Of a stretch of DNA of 64,000 nucleotides, positions 50,830 through 64,000 are shown piece by piece. The notes beneath the pieces were generated by a model that was given only the letters and a program-made list of their open reading frames with translations, was not told the DNA's origin and did not search any database. Made by a program: the position numbers and the translations under genes. How positions within the stretch are numbered: position 1 is the stretch's first letter; each line of letters opens with the position of its first letter. This stretch comes from the human T2T-CHM13v2.0 reference genome, Homo sapiens, in NCBI RefSeq assembly GCF_009914755.1, contig NC_060938.1; one strand, given 5' to 3'.

Positions 50830-51720
50830 GCGTTTAGGAATGCTTCTGGCTGCAGTTAATGGAACACTTGACCAGCGGTGGATTAAACAATAAATAGAAA
50901 GGATGAGTTTGGTTCATTAGTACAAACTTTTTACTTGTTGTTTCACATAATGAGAAGTCTGGTGGTAACAGTGCTACGGTTGGATTTGTTGCTCAGTGAC
51001 ATTGGACATGTCTTTCCCTTGGGGTCCCAAGGTATTTGCTGCAGCCCTAGATGCCACACCTTGGCATGATAGCATCCAAAGCAGAAAGCATAAGGGCAGG
51101 GGCTGAAGGGCTTCATGGCCAGTCCCCTTTTCTCAGGGAGGGAAGATCTTTCCTAGACTTGGGTCAACTGCCCTGTATGTCTGTTCTCACATTGCTACAA
51201 AGAACTACCTGAGACGGGGTAATTTATGAAGAAAAAATGTTTAATTGACTCACAGTTCCACAGGCCGTACAGGAGGCATGGCTGGGGAGGCCTCAAGAAA
51301 CTTACAGTCATAGCGGAAGGGTGAAGGAGAAGCAAGCAGGGTTTCACGTGACAGCAGGAGAGAGAGAGAGTGAAGGGGGAAAAGCTACACACTTTCAAAC
51401 AGCCAGATCTCATGAGAGCTCACTATCATGAGAAGATCAAGGGGGGAAATCTGCCTCATGATCCAATCACCTCCCACCAGGCCCTTCCCCAACATTAGAG
51501 ATTCCAATTCAACATGAGATCTGGGTGGGGACACACAGCCAAACCATATCATGCCCTTAGCAAGGGAGGCTGGAAGAGCAAATATCAGGCCAAGATAAGC
51601 TGGCAGACCATGATTGGTTCACACCAACCTTGATTCAGCCCCTGGAGCAGGGCATTCTGCTTTTATTTAGAATCAGGCTCAAAATTGGGCTTTTGGTATC
51701 AATGAAGAGGGAAAATGGCC
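50830..51720 (-). mobile_element. Old MLT1-type LTR, split by MSTA
   Basis: ggaatgcttctggctgcag...ttgtttcacataatgagaagtctgg...ttgctgcagccctag. Confidence 0.55.
51174..51551 (-). mobile_element. MSTA-like (ERVL-MaLR) solo LTR
   Basis: Minus strand starts tgatatggtttggctgtgtgtcccc; perfect TSD TGCCC (51169-51173, 51552-51556). Confidence 0.9.
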
Positions 51721-52455
51721 CTGGAGAAGGCACCAAGAGGGAGGGTCTGCCACAGATGTGTCAGAATCTTGCTGTCAAAAGGCATTCTGGGAGAGTGAAT
51801 TCTGGGCATGTTCCTGGCCTGTGCCACCATCAAGGAAGTAGGGGATTCCACGAGAGCGGGATAGGGGCATCTGACTGGTCAGGGAGGCTGGCAATACACC
51901 TCTAGGGAAGGTAAAGCCATGCTGGGACCAAACGAGTGAATTAGAATTAGTTAGGCAGAGAATGAAGGTGAATATGTCATACAGGGTCAACAGCACACTA
52001 TGGGTCTGCTGGTGAGACAGAGCATCAGGTGTGAAGGAGGCTCAGTACACACAGCATATCGAGGTTGAACAGGGGCCTTGAGAACTGAGGCAGCCGAGGT
52101 GGGCCAGGGCCAGGCCATGAAGAGCCTTGTAGGCTGTGTTAAGGGGTTTGGGTTTAGTCCTGAGAGCAATGGAAAGTCATGGAAGAAGTGGAAGCAGAGG
52201 AATGACGTATCAGGTTGTATGTTTTAATTATGAAAATCTAATTTCTTGCGATAGGTAATATAAGTATCCTCCAAATATTCATATCCTTTCTCCGAAAGAA
52301 ACAAGTATTGCTCGTTTTATTTATAGCCTTTGAGAGAATTTTCTGTACATAAAAGCATATATATACAGCACATATATGCATACATGTTTATCTTTAAAAA
52401 ACACAAATAATAGTATACTTTGCCCATGATTCTGTATTTTTAAAATTTAATTAAT

Positions 52456-52746
52456 CTATTTTTTGAGACAGGGTCTCACTTTGTCACCAGGCTGGAGTGC
52501 AGTGACGGTTATGGCTCACTGCAGCCTCAAGCTCCCAGGCTAAAGCTATCCTCCCACCTCAGCCCCCTGAGAAACTGGGACTTACAGGCACATGCCACCA
52601 CACCTGGCTAATTTTTGTTATTTTTTTGTAGAGATGGGGTTTTGCCATGTTTCCCAGGCTGGTCTCAAACTCCTGGGCTAAAGCAATCCACCCACCTCAG
52701 TCACTCAAAGTTCTGGGATTACAGGCGTGAGCCACTGTACCTGGCC
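52456..52746 (-). mobile_element. AluJ within an old L1 remnant (~52250-53065)
   Basis: Full dimer; flanking atggctgcatagtactccatt is L1-like. Confidence 0.9.
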
Positions 52747-53074
52747 ACTTTATTTTTTTAAGACATAATATTAATAGTATATATTGGAAATTGTTTTGTA
52801 TTTCTATATACCAAGCTGCCTCATTTTTAATGGCTGCATAGTACTCCATTTTAGAACATGACATAATTAATTTAACTTTTCCTCCTCTGTTGCTATGTAT
52901 TGTGTTCCTAGTCTTTTATTTCAGTCATTGTTGCAGTGAGTCCCCTTGTACTTTTGTCTTTGTGTGCTTATGCTGGTGTTTCTGTATGACACATTATTAG
53001 TAGTAGTATTGCTTGGTCAAAGGGTATATGCATTTCACATTTTGATTGAGTTCAATTGCCCCCTCCCCCATTGT

Positions 53075-53300
53075 GGTTAAAGATAGTGAACGTTTTATTG
53101 TCCATGTACCACACATTGTTCTAAGTGCTTTATGTCTGTTATTTAATCCTTACAGTAACCCTCTGAAATAAGTTCTGTTATTATCACCCCATTTCACAGA
53201 GGAGAAAAGTTAGGTACAAAGAAGCTTAGTTCCTAAGTGGCAGAGAGCGTTTGAAGCCAGGTGGTCTGACGGCAGAGTCCAGGCAGGCTCTTCCTATTTG
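53075..53300 (-). mobile_element. MIR
   Basis: ctaagtgcttta...atttaatcctta...cccatttcacagaggagaaa. Confidence 0.75.
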
Positions 53301-54727
53301 CTGGGCTGCGTCTCTAAATTCACACTCCCAAAGCTTGAGTGAGAAGGTGCATTTCCCCGCCTTCCCATCATGGCATGCTCTCTGTCATTTGGATCATCTC
53401 AGAGTTAGAAAAATGGTATATTTGAAGTTCCAACTTGCATTCCTCTAACTGTGAGTGAAGCTGGGCGTTTTCATACATTTCAGGGTCACTAGTATTCAAA
53501 TCTGTGTTGGGAGGGCCACATGCAGCCTGGAGAATGGGTGGAGCAGAGAAGTCTGGGAGCTTGGTGACAGGACGCACTGAAGGAGATACATGGCTTGGAC
53601 TCCCACGCCACCCCAGCGTTATCAAGAGAAAAAAAAATGGGGAGGCAGCTAATGGCTTCGTGGGCCTCGGCTCCCCTGCGCGCCTCTCCCTTCCCCTCTG
53701 CTCCTCATTGGTCCTCAGTGGCTCTTGATGGCCCTGGAGCCCATGCTGCTCCTGCCCCCATCCTCTGCTTTCCCTCTGCTGGATTGGTCCTTGGTTCCCC
53801 TGGAGCTCCAGTTCTCCCTGCCCCACACTGCTCCCTGGAGTAGCCTTGAAACGACTTCCTTGGCTGGGCACTTTGCCAACGTAAAGCCCCTCCCCTGCCC
53901 TCACCCCCTTGTTGGGCTCTTTTCTTGGAATAGAGGAGTGGAGTTACAGCTTGAGGCTTGAGAGGGATAGCTGGTAGCTGATACTGGTTGCCCGCCGGGG
54001 TTTCAAGCGCCAGCCTCCTGAACACCACCATGAACACCATGAGTCAAGCCGCAGAGCCAGGTGACCTCTCAGATCTTCTTCCTAGGGCCTGAGCCAAACA
54101 TCACATGGTTTCCTATGACATGAGGTTAGATCATCTTCACCAGGTGGTAACCTTTGAGTCAAGCAGTCAACTGATATTTAGTGAGCTCACCTGGTCTTGC
54201 AGCAGCAATGGTTCCAAGTTACTACTGCTGAAGCAAAGAAAGAAGTATCTCATACCTAACAGGGGAATTTGATCTGTAAAAGGAAATTCTGGTGATTATA
54301 AGCAAAGATCTCATCAACAGATCATGTTATGGTAGAGTAAAATGAGGAAGTAACCTGGAACAGATTGGGAACCCAATCAATATAGCATATGCAATCAAAA
54401 TGTTCCAGGAAAATGTATAAATTCTACAGTATACCAAAATTTTAGCGGCCACATGAGATTCCCAGTGTTTAGTGGGTGAAGCCTTTACTAGCATTGAAGT
54501 CTATTTTTCCTAGTGGAAGTTTTATGTTTGACCACAAGGTGGCAGTCATTACCGCAAAGTTACTTTTATTTCTCCACCAGAGAAACCAAAGGCATGGAAC
54601 TGCCATTGCGGTTTAAGATGTGTGTGTTGTAGTAGATGTCTCCAAAGCAAAGGATAAAGGGAATGTACCCCTGCTTTAGGCTAAATGATAAAGAAGTAGT
54701 GGGAACCCACTTCAAAGAAGCAAGTGA

Positions 54728-55219
<492 letters not shown>

Positions 55220-56309
55220 TTACTTGCTATGAGAAGTTACAGCAGAAAGATGCTTACTTTTTAGCTGCCCAGTGTTGCAGGCCCTGGCTTCTCAAGTAAG
55301 ATGCTAATCAGTGTGTAATGCTGAACTGTGACAGTCTCCCCTGGAGAATTTAGGAGTGAGAGGGGGTGTTGGAGCCACTCTACCTGCAAAGCATTTCATT
55401 GTGAGGGCCTTTGTAAAAACAGCACTCTCCTCATGCAGCCCTGTGGAATCAGTCTCTCTGAAGCCCAGAGCAGGGCAGTAACTAGCCGAGGATCCCTTAG
55501 ATTGTAAGTGGCAGAGACAAAGTTCAAGTTTAGGTCAGGCTGACTCTGACTCCATATGTTGTCTTATTCCGCATTTAGTTGGTTGATTCAGCCTCGGCTT
55601 AAGCACCTCCTATCTGTCTTGGCTCCCCTCCAACCTGACAATATGGAAATGGCATTGCCCTTGGGAACAGAAAACCTGAACTGTGTTTTAGCTTTGTTTT
55701 CCACCATCTAAATGGCTTGAGTCTGTCCTAAAATTCCTTTGACCCTTAAAGTTCTTATCATTAAAATGAAAACAGGATCGCTGTGAGGGTCAAATGAGAG
55801 AATGCAGAATATTTTGTACAGTGCGAAGTGCTGTTCAAAAGTGAGTCAGTTCAACTGTGGTGATGACCCCCTCCATCCTCACACCAAAGGAAAAATGTCC
55901 CAGGGCTTCCCAATGGCCAGCCCAGACACCCACATGGAGGGGACAGCAAACATTGAGAAGGTAAGTATTTTATAGGTCCTTTTGTTCTTGGCAAAAAGGA
56001 AATAGTAAGCAAATTTCAAATATTTGATAATTTATCAAGATTGCTACAAAGGTTTATGAACCCATAGATTATTTCCCCTTTTTTTTTATAATCATATACA
56101 CTGCTTACAAGTATATAAATGGGCATCCTTATCTGTTTCTGATAGCACTGCAAATCCTAATAGTTTGTGACTAATTTGATAACCTGTACTAAAACTCACA
56201 AAATGTATACTCCTGGATCTGTTTTTCTGATAATCTGGACTACAAAAATAATATAAAGAATAAAATGTTATTCATAAAGATGTTTAATTTTCAGTGCTTT
56301 GTTTATATA

Positions 56310-58300
56310 TATTTTTTTGGTCAACATCTCTCTAATCCTCCAGCCTCTGGTAACCACTATTCTATTCTGTTTCTATGAGTTTGGCTTTATTTGATTACAC
56401 ATATCAGTGAGATTAAGCAGCATTTGTCTTTCTGTGACTGGCTTATTTCAAATAATACAATGTCCTCCAGGTTGATCCATGTTGCAAATGACAGGATGTC
56501 TTTCTTTTTAAAAGCTGAACAGTATTCTATTGTGTATATATTCCGTTGTTTCTTTGTCCGTTCATCCACTGGTGAACACTTAGGTTGATTCCATATCTTG
56601 GCTATTGTGAGTAATGCTGCAGTGAACATGAGAGTGCAGGCATCTTTTCGACATGCTGATTTCATTTTCTTTGGATGTATATCCAGTATTGGAATTGCTG
56701 GAGCATATGGTAGTTCTATTTTAATTTTTTGAGGAGCCTCCATACCGTTTTCCAAATGAGTATACTAATTTACATTCCCACCAACAGTGTACAAGGGTTC
56801 CCTTTTCTCCACATCCTCTTCAACACCTGTTATTTTTCATCTTTTCAATAATAGCTGTTCTGACAGGTATGACATAATATCTCATTGTGGTTTTAATCTG
56901 CATATCCCCAATGATTAGTGATATTGAGCATTTTTTCTATACCTGTTGGCCATTTGTGTGTGTGGTTTTGTTTTGTTTTTTTTTTTACTTTTCATTTATT
57001 TTTACTTTAAGTTCTGGGATACATGTGCTGAACTTGCAGGTTTGTTACATAGGTGTACATGTGCCATGGTGGTCTGCTGCACCTATCAACTGGTCATCCA
57101 GGTTTTAAGCCCCGAATGCATTAGGTATTTGTCCTAATGCTCTCCTTGCCCTTGCCCTCCCACCCAACAGGCTCTGGCATGTGATGTTCCCCTCCCTGTG
57201 TTCTCATTGTTCAACTTATGAGTGAGAACATGTGGTGTTTGATTTTCTGTTCCTGTGTTAGTTTGCTGAGAATGATGGTTTCCAGCTTCATCCATGTCCC
57301 TGCAAAGGACATGAGCTCATTCTTTTTTATGGCTGCATAGTATTCCATGGTGTATATGTGCTACATTTTCTTTATCCAGTCTGTCATTGATGGGCATTTG
57401 TGTTGGTTCCAAGTCTTTGGTATTGTAAATAGTGCTGCAATAAACATACATGTGCATGTGTCTTTATAGTAGAATGATTTATTAATCCTTTGGGTATATA
57501 CCCAGTAATGGGATTGCTGGGTCAAATGGTATTTCTGGTTCTAGATCCTTGAGGAGTCGCCACATGGTTTTCCACAATGGTTGAACTAATTTACATTCCC
57601 ACCACCTGTTGGCCATTTGTATGTCTTCTTTTGAGAAATGTCTATTCAGGTCCATTAACCATTTTAAAATTGGGTTGTTTCTTACTATTAAGTTGTTTGA
57701 GTTTCCTCTGTATTTGGATATTAACTCCTTATCCAGATATGTGTTTTACAAATATTTTCTCCCATTCCACAGGTTGTCTCTTCACTCTGTTGATTGCAGA
57801 AACTTTGCAGAAGCTTTTTAGTTTGATATAGTTCCATTTGTCTATTTTTGCTTTTGTTGCCTGTGCTTTTACGGTCATATTTTAAAAAGTCATTGCCTAT
57901 GCCTGTGTCACAGATTTCTTCCCCTAAGTCATCATTTGGTAATTTTACAGTTTTAGGTCTTACATTTAAGTCTTTAGTCCATTTTTCAGTGATTTTTTTA
58001 TGTGACGTGAGATGAGGGTCTGTTTTTATTCTTCTGCATGTAGATATCCAGTTTTTTCAACACCATTTATTGAAGGGACAGTCCTTTCTTTGTTGTGTGT
58101 CCTTGGGATCTTTGTTGATAATTAATTGATTGTAAAGGTGTGGATTTATTTCTGAGCTCTGTATTCTGTCCCATTGGTCTATATATCTGTTTTTATGCCA
58201 GTACCATAATGTTTTGATTACTGTAGCTTTGTAGTAGATTTTGAAATCAGGTAGTATAATGCCTCCAGCTTTGTTCTTTTTGGTCAAGATTGCTTTGATG
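56310..58300 (-). mobile_element. L1MA/MB-like 3' portion (end of ORF2 plus 3' UTR), interrupted by an L1PA
   Basis: Minus-strand ORFs 56387..56755 (IELPYAPAIPILDIHPK...LLTIAKIWNQPKC) and 58057..58308 ([27 protein letters not shown]) are L1 ORF2 peptides. Confidence 0.93.
56958..57603 (-). mobile_element. 5'-truncated L1PA nested in the older L1
   Basis: tttaagttctgggatacatgtgc L1PA 3' end; 17-nt TSD acctgttggccatttgt at 56941-56957 and 57604-57620. Confidence 0.92.
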
Positions 58301-58429
58301 TCGTGCATTATTTATAGTAGGAAAATATTAGAAACAACTTCAGCATTTAGCAATGGGGGTACACTTCAATAATATACTATTTGATGAGAATTTTCAGCCA
58401 GTCAAGAGATAATTTTATGTTACGTAGTT

Positions 58430-58620
58430 AAATTGTCAGGTACCGTCGTAAGCACCTAACATGTATTGTTTATTGCACGTGATTCCTATAACAGCCTTAT
58501 AAGATAGGTGCAATTATTATCCTCATTATGTCAAATGGAAAAGTGAGACACTGAGCAGTTAAGTCATTTGCCTAAAATCTATCACAGAAAATGGTAAAAA
58601 TAGGAGGTTAGAATCCAGGA
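58430..58620 (-). mobile_element. MIR
   Basis: attattatcctcatt...gttaagtcatttgcc. Confidence 0.65.
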
Positions 58621-60459
58621 AATAATACAGAGGTTATGATGATGAACAGTCTGTATCCAAGTCAGGTTCTGCCCAAGATAGTGAATTGGCAGACCCGTTC
58701 CCCTCCCCAGCCTCAAAAAAGACTGCCAGGAAATTATGCCAGTAAGCTATCAGGGACTGGATTAAGGTAGTGGAATTATGAAGGATTTTTTTCCTATTTA
58801 CCAAATTTGGTAATAGGATTACATTTCTTCAACAATGGGGGTAGGAGGAATAAGCCATTATTAAGTCAGGGACCAGACCCCTGGTCTCTCAGAACCTGGG
58901 ATACGGCCTAGTACATGCTGTCTCCCTGACTCATTTATGGCGAAATTCACATCACACTCCTTTTATCTGAATCAGTGAGGGTTGTGTCAGCAGCTGAGTC
59001 CCTGGCATGGATGTGCTGGAATCCAGGCCTCCCATCCCCCATCCCCGGCTCGCAGGGGCCTCCCCTTCGGTTCTCCTCCTGGAGAGAGAGGAACAAAGAC
59101 TAGGGGGTGAGGGATGGAGGGGGGCTATCACAGGAAGGGGGAGCAGCAAAGTAAATATTGGTCTGAGGCTTTGTTCGGAGACCCAGTTTATGGAAGCAAA
59201 GGTTTCCATTTGGAAAACAGAAGACACTTGTGGCCAGTGCCCGAAACAGCCTCTCACTAGCAGGCCCTGGGACTGGGTGAGAGGGCTGAGCGAAGTACTC
59301 CTCATTGTTTTGGGAATGCCTTAAGTTTGAGTTTAGGATCCACCGCTTTCAGGTGGGCTACAGGACGCTCCGATGCCGGTCGCTTTTGCCTCCTCCCGCT
59401 CCTCTGCCTGCTGGGGCTTCTTTACGATGTCAGCCTGCAAGGATGGAGTTCCTGGCAGGACCATAGCTTTCCATAAGAAACCACTTCTCAAATGGCCAAC
59501 AAAGTTGAAATCCTGGTTTTTGAAGGTCAGAATATCTTGGAATCTTGTGAAATAAATGCCATCGCTGCATACATGCTGGCACAAAATGATCTCACGTGTG
59601 CTCAGTGTACCTGCAGCTTGAGTGCAAAGGAACATTCTTTCCTTTGTATTACTTTCTCCATTGTTGTTGTATTAAATATTAGCGAAGAAGTGGGAGAGGC
59701 AGAGAGCAGCCAGGCAGCAAGGTAGTCATGTGGCCCTGGAATTCATCTTTCAGAATTTTCCCAGGCAGGGAACTGCACTGTGACCTTCAGCACAAGAGCT
59801 CTGAGTTCTAATTCTGGCTTAGCTGGCCCACTTGTCTTTAAGAAGTTCCCCTGCCTTTTATTTTGAGATAAGCCTCTCCACCTAAATGTGTGTTCCTTAT
59901 TTCTGGACCTGTTGGCCAACGTACCTTTAGGGAGTGCCCCTCCAGCTGGCTTCAACATGTGGGGTCGTAGCGGGGCTGCAGCCTGCCCTGTCCAGCTCTG
60001 ATGCTTCCCAGCGCCTCCAGCTCCCCTTTCCCTTCCTGAGGCCTCACTGAGCATTTGGCTGAGCCCCTGCCAGCCGCTGGACGTGGGGAGGAGAAGGCAT
60101 GCTCAGACCCTACAGTGGCATTACTGCTTGTGCTCTGTGTTGCTGTGACACCCAGCGCAAGGGGAAGAGGCCCTGTGACAGAGGGTTAGACAAGGAGAAG
60201 GGGAAGTATAGCCGAAAGGCTGGGAGACTTTCCCCTTTACAGGCATGGGAATTCTGAAGAAGCCTCTGTTCATGCCTTGGGGTAGTTGGTTGATTCCTGG
60301 GGACTGAATGGTGCCCACTTTGCAGGAGGGGATGAGCGAAGAAGGAAAGGGCAGTTCATGAGACCCTAGCATATGTCCTAGGTGCTCATATTCATTACCA
60401 ATGTCTATGAAACTAAACTGCACATTGGCATTCCGTAAATATCCATTGAACAAAATATC

Positions 60460-60600
60460 TCATTTAATACCCAAAGCATCCAGGGAAGAGTATCATCCTC
60501 ATTTTAAAGGCCTAGAAACTGAGATCCAGAGAAATTAAACAACTTGCCCCAGATCACACAGTAAGCCAGAGTCAGTGCATGGATTCCTGACCTGACTGTC
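60460..60600 (-). mobile_element. MIR
   Basis: gaaactgagatccagagaaattaaacaacttgccccagatcacacag. Confidence 0.7.
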
Positions 60601-61694
60601 CTGCCAAATAATATACAAGCCATTTCCATTATATCACAAATAGAAGTTTTGAGTCTCTAATATGTACAACTGAGAATACTGTCATTAGACGGGAATAGAG
60701 GCAGTTTTCCACAATAGGTGGTTTTTGGCCTTTTGGGAAATACCTAAGGATATTTCCTCTGATCTGTTTGGAACCAGGTTTCCCCCTTTCCCTGAGCAGT
60801 GGCTGCTACAAATACAATCTGGTTTGCTGCGGGTCATTTGTTGCAGTTTGCCTTTGGCTCAGATCAAAATAGAAAATGAGCCAGAACATGGTGTTTCCTG
60901 TCTCTGCATGTTCCTACCTTATTCATAGTGTTCCATCTTTTTTTTAGGTTATTAATTGTGGATTTATTTCCATAGTAAGACAGGATCTGACTTTGGGGCC
61001 AACATATGTTGGACCCGCCTCCTTCTCTGCTGAAGATTCTCTGAAGACAAAATGTGCATAGGCCTTCTCCAGGATCTGGATTTTTGGGGGATTATTTGGG
61101 ACCTTTGCTTCTGTCCTCTCCGGCTACCAGGCTTTCTGACCTTCTGTAGCTAAATAGGGCCACAAAAATGAATAGGAATAAGAGAACCTGAAGTTCAAGC
61201 TGTGTCTTTGGCTCTGTCTCTTTGGACGCGACTGCCAAGATATTTGGTGTGACAAAAGGATTTGAAATAGTTGGCCTGTTTTTTTCAGTTTGAGGTTGTT
61301 CTGTTGTAACTGGTCTTGTTTTTGGTAGCCATCATTATCACTGACAACCTAGAGACTGAGTAGACCGCCACCTCCATGTCTGCTAAGATAGTATAATTTA
61401 AATCTTTGATGTAACCAGAACACAACCCAGGTCACACTTTGCCCCTGTGTCTCATGATGACTGAAAGCTTTTGGGGTGATGATTGCTTGGTTATGGTTTT
61501 CCTGGACCCAACTTGGAACCCTTAAAGCCTGCCAAGTTATAGATACTCTGGCTTCAGTAGGGCCCTGTATTGAAACACCAAGTGCCAGGACTGCTCAAAA
61601 GGTGAAAATGAGATGGGTGTTCTGCCAGGTGGTTTAGTGAAAAATCAGTCAATCCAGGATCCCACTGACTGAATGCTAGGCAAAAGAAACAGTT

Positions 61695-61835
61695 CTTTTA
61701 TTTGTTTTCATTTTTTGCAGAGTTGGAGGTCTTGCTATGTTGCCCACACTGGTCTTGAACTCCTGACCTCAAGCAATCCTACTGCCTTGGCCTCCCAAAG
61801 TATTAGGATTACAGGCATGAGCCACCGTGCCTGGC
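61695..61835 (-). mobile_element. Alu monomer (FLAM-like)
   Basis: TSD agaaacagtt. Confidence 0.88.
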
Positions 61836-62435
61836 TAGAAACAGTTTTTTAAAAACTCATTCTAATTAGGAAGAGAAAACCAATACACATGGAAGAAAAG
61901 TGTACAGTAGATAGCATGTAGTAAATATAGTCCTTATGCTACAAAAGGAAAGGTAGTTGAAAATGAACATTGGGTTCTAGGGGAAACTCTTAAGTATGTG
62001 CCAGTCTGTGCTCAGAAGTACAACCTGATTGGCTGTGAGACTAAAGCCAACTGATAGCTTTAAGCAGCCCCTCGGGTGTGGGCTGCAGATGGTTCCCTAG
62101 GAAGCTGGGTTGAGTCCTGCTGTGATGAGCTGGGACTGCCAGGTAGGACCTGAAGCGGCTGCCAAGGGGCTGCCACCCCACCCTGAAGACAAAATCATAC
62201 AGTCTAAAAACCTGACTGCTTTGGATCAAAATCATACCCTGTAATATGTTCTAGTTTTTAAATAACTTGGGTTTTCCTTAATTACTTAATCTCTGCTGAG
62301 AACCCAGCTGCATCCATCTCTTCTAGGTCCGGAATTATCCACAGCATCTCATGAGCAGAAACAGCCATGTCAACATAAAGTTAGCAGACTCGTCGTGTAG
62401 AGAGTTGTGCACTGGCAGGTTAGGGGGGAAGGTGT

Positions 62436-62570
62436 TCATTCATTCAGCAGATATGCACTGAGTGCTTGCAAGGCATAGGGCTCGCCTTCAAGCCTTGAGG
62501 ACGCAGCAGTGAGCAAAACAGAAAAGAGTCCCTGCCCTCATGAAACTGACATTCTTTGGGAAGCTTATAA
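62436..62570 (-). mobile_element. L2 3' end
   Basis: tcattcattcagcagatatgcactgagtgc...ccctgccctcatgaaactgacattct. Confidence 0.7.
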
Positions 62571-64000
62571 GCCTGAAGCTCATGAACAGATTGTTCATCT
62601 TATAGTCTCAGCTGGTGACCCTCCATGGCAGCTGCTCCCTGTGGCAATTCCTGGATTTTCCTTTCAGACAGGCTCAGAGCCGTCATCTGCTTGAAGAGTC
62701 TGGGGGGCTTGTCTGAAGCTGCATTTGCATATCAAGTGCTCCGTTATATTTTTTGTAGGATGCAGTGAGATTACTGGGGGGAGGCGTAGCTCGAGTCCTT
62801 GGTCCTTGGTACTGTCTCTGGTTAGTGGTGGGTTCTGGGTCACTATTATAGGGGTTGGGAGGTTTAAAGCAAGAGGCAGAATGGCAAGAGTAGCAGCCCC
62901 AGTAGGCTGCATTTGCTCCCGTTGCCACTTGCACGATCTTTCTCATCCCGCTGGCAAGACTAGTCTGTTCACTGGCAGCCCCTGCATCAGGCTGTGAGGA
63001 CGCCCTGTCTACCTCCCGTCTCCATCCCTGTATTAACCCATGTGCTATCAAGAGCGACTGACTCTTTCTTTACAAGGTTCTTTTTCCTTCCTTCCCCGTA
63101 AGCTAATAGTTTGGCTCAGGCTCGCCAGCAGACCCTCCCCTTTTTTGCTGGAGGGCTTTGGCATGCCCTGTCTTTTCTTTGGGGCCACCCAGGGAGTTCC
63201 TGTTTCCTTTCTGTGGGAGGCTTCCAATTCTTAGTTATAGCAAAAGAGCCTGTATTTTTTAGCTCACTCCTGCCCACTTCTGGTCTTGAATGACTTATGG
63301 CTTAGGTGTTACAAATGGGAGTCCTGGAACTCTTCCCAGAATCTCTTAATTCCATTCTTGTGGTATATGACGTTCTAAACATTAAAATGATGTAATATAT
63401 AACTCCCAACCAAAACAAAAGAGGAGATCCCTGCTAGCCAAATTCTTCCCTCCTCTCCATACACGTTTTTCCGTCGCTGTGCAGTGAATCCTGGGATGTG
63501 TTTGTCAGTCAGCTTCCTTGTTCTTCTGGCTCCTCACTCCCCAGGGACCACCGAGCCACAGACTCCACGGTTTTCTCTGAGGGCATGCGAAGTGGAAACT
63601 AACCTATCCCTGCAGCCAGCCCAGACCTTCTACAATCATATCTACCAGTGGTGAAAGGCAGTTCAAGATGAGTTGGACACAATCAAGAAAAATAGGGAAC
63701 AAATATGTCATAGCTCCTCTCTGTCTGCTGTCTATAGAAGGAGGCTAATAGCAGCAGATCTGGTGAGGGCCAGTGGCCCATGGACCTGCCTGCCCCAAGG
63801 CAGCAATCATGGGAGTGGGGTCAAGGAAACACTAAGGAGGTACACCTGATAGGACTTTTAAAGAGGAGTGGCCAGGGTTCTGGCCGGTTTGAAGCCTGGA
63901 GAGAATGGAATGGCATGAGTTCAGTTTTGGGGACATTCAGTGGTAAGACTGGTTTCTGTTTTCTCTTCTGGAAGCTCATAGATACAGGATCTGCTCATTC

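Noticed and set aside
53368-54040. Overlapping ORFs up to 178 aa
   Set aside because: GC-rich sequence with few stops; no homology recognised and no exon structure.
56387-58308. Potentially active L1
   Set aside because: 5'-truncated, interrupted and full of stops.

Overview
Human (or very close great-ape) genomic DNA from the interior of PRKCH (protein kinase C eta), transcribed on the + strand. Seven GT-AG coding exons lie between 35762 and 50279 (canonical exons 3-9 by my recollection of the gene; 151, 35, 89, 130, 128, 144 and 174 nt, 851 nt total). They splice into one frame encoding the pseudosubstrate, C1A, C1B, the hinge and the kinase N-lobe. The cluster is flanked by very long introns (>35 kb upstream, >13.7 kb downstream) filled with Alu, L1, L2, MIR, MER20, a complete THE1 (MaLR) provirus and solo LTRs (MER4, MER50, LTR16, MSTA). 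Almost all ORFs in the supplied track are repeat-derived or chance. I found no prokaryotic-type system. The best leads are: an exon 3-9 back-splice circle with a predicted 301-aa ORF; homologous intron positions in C1A and C1B that allow an in-frame chimeric C1 domain; a candidate internal first exon in intron 9; and several short local duplications outside recognisable repeats, including two dispersed copies 2.5-2.9 kb apart. Repeat family and subfamily names come from recognition of consensus sequences, not database searches, and repeat boundaries are approximate.
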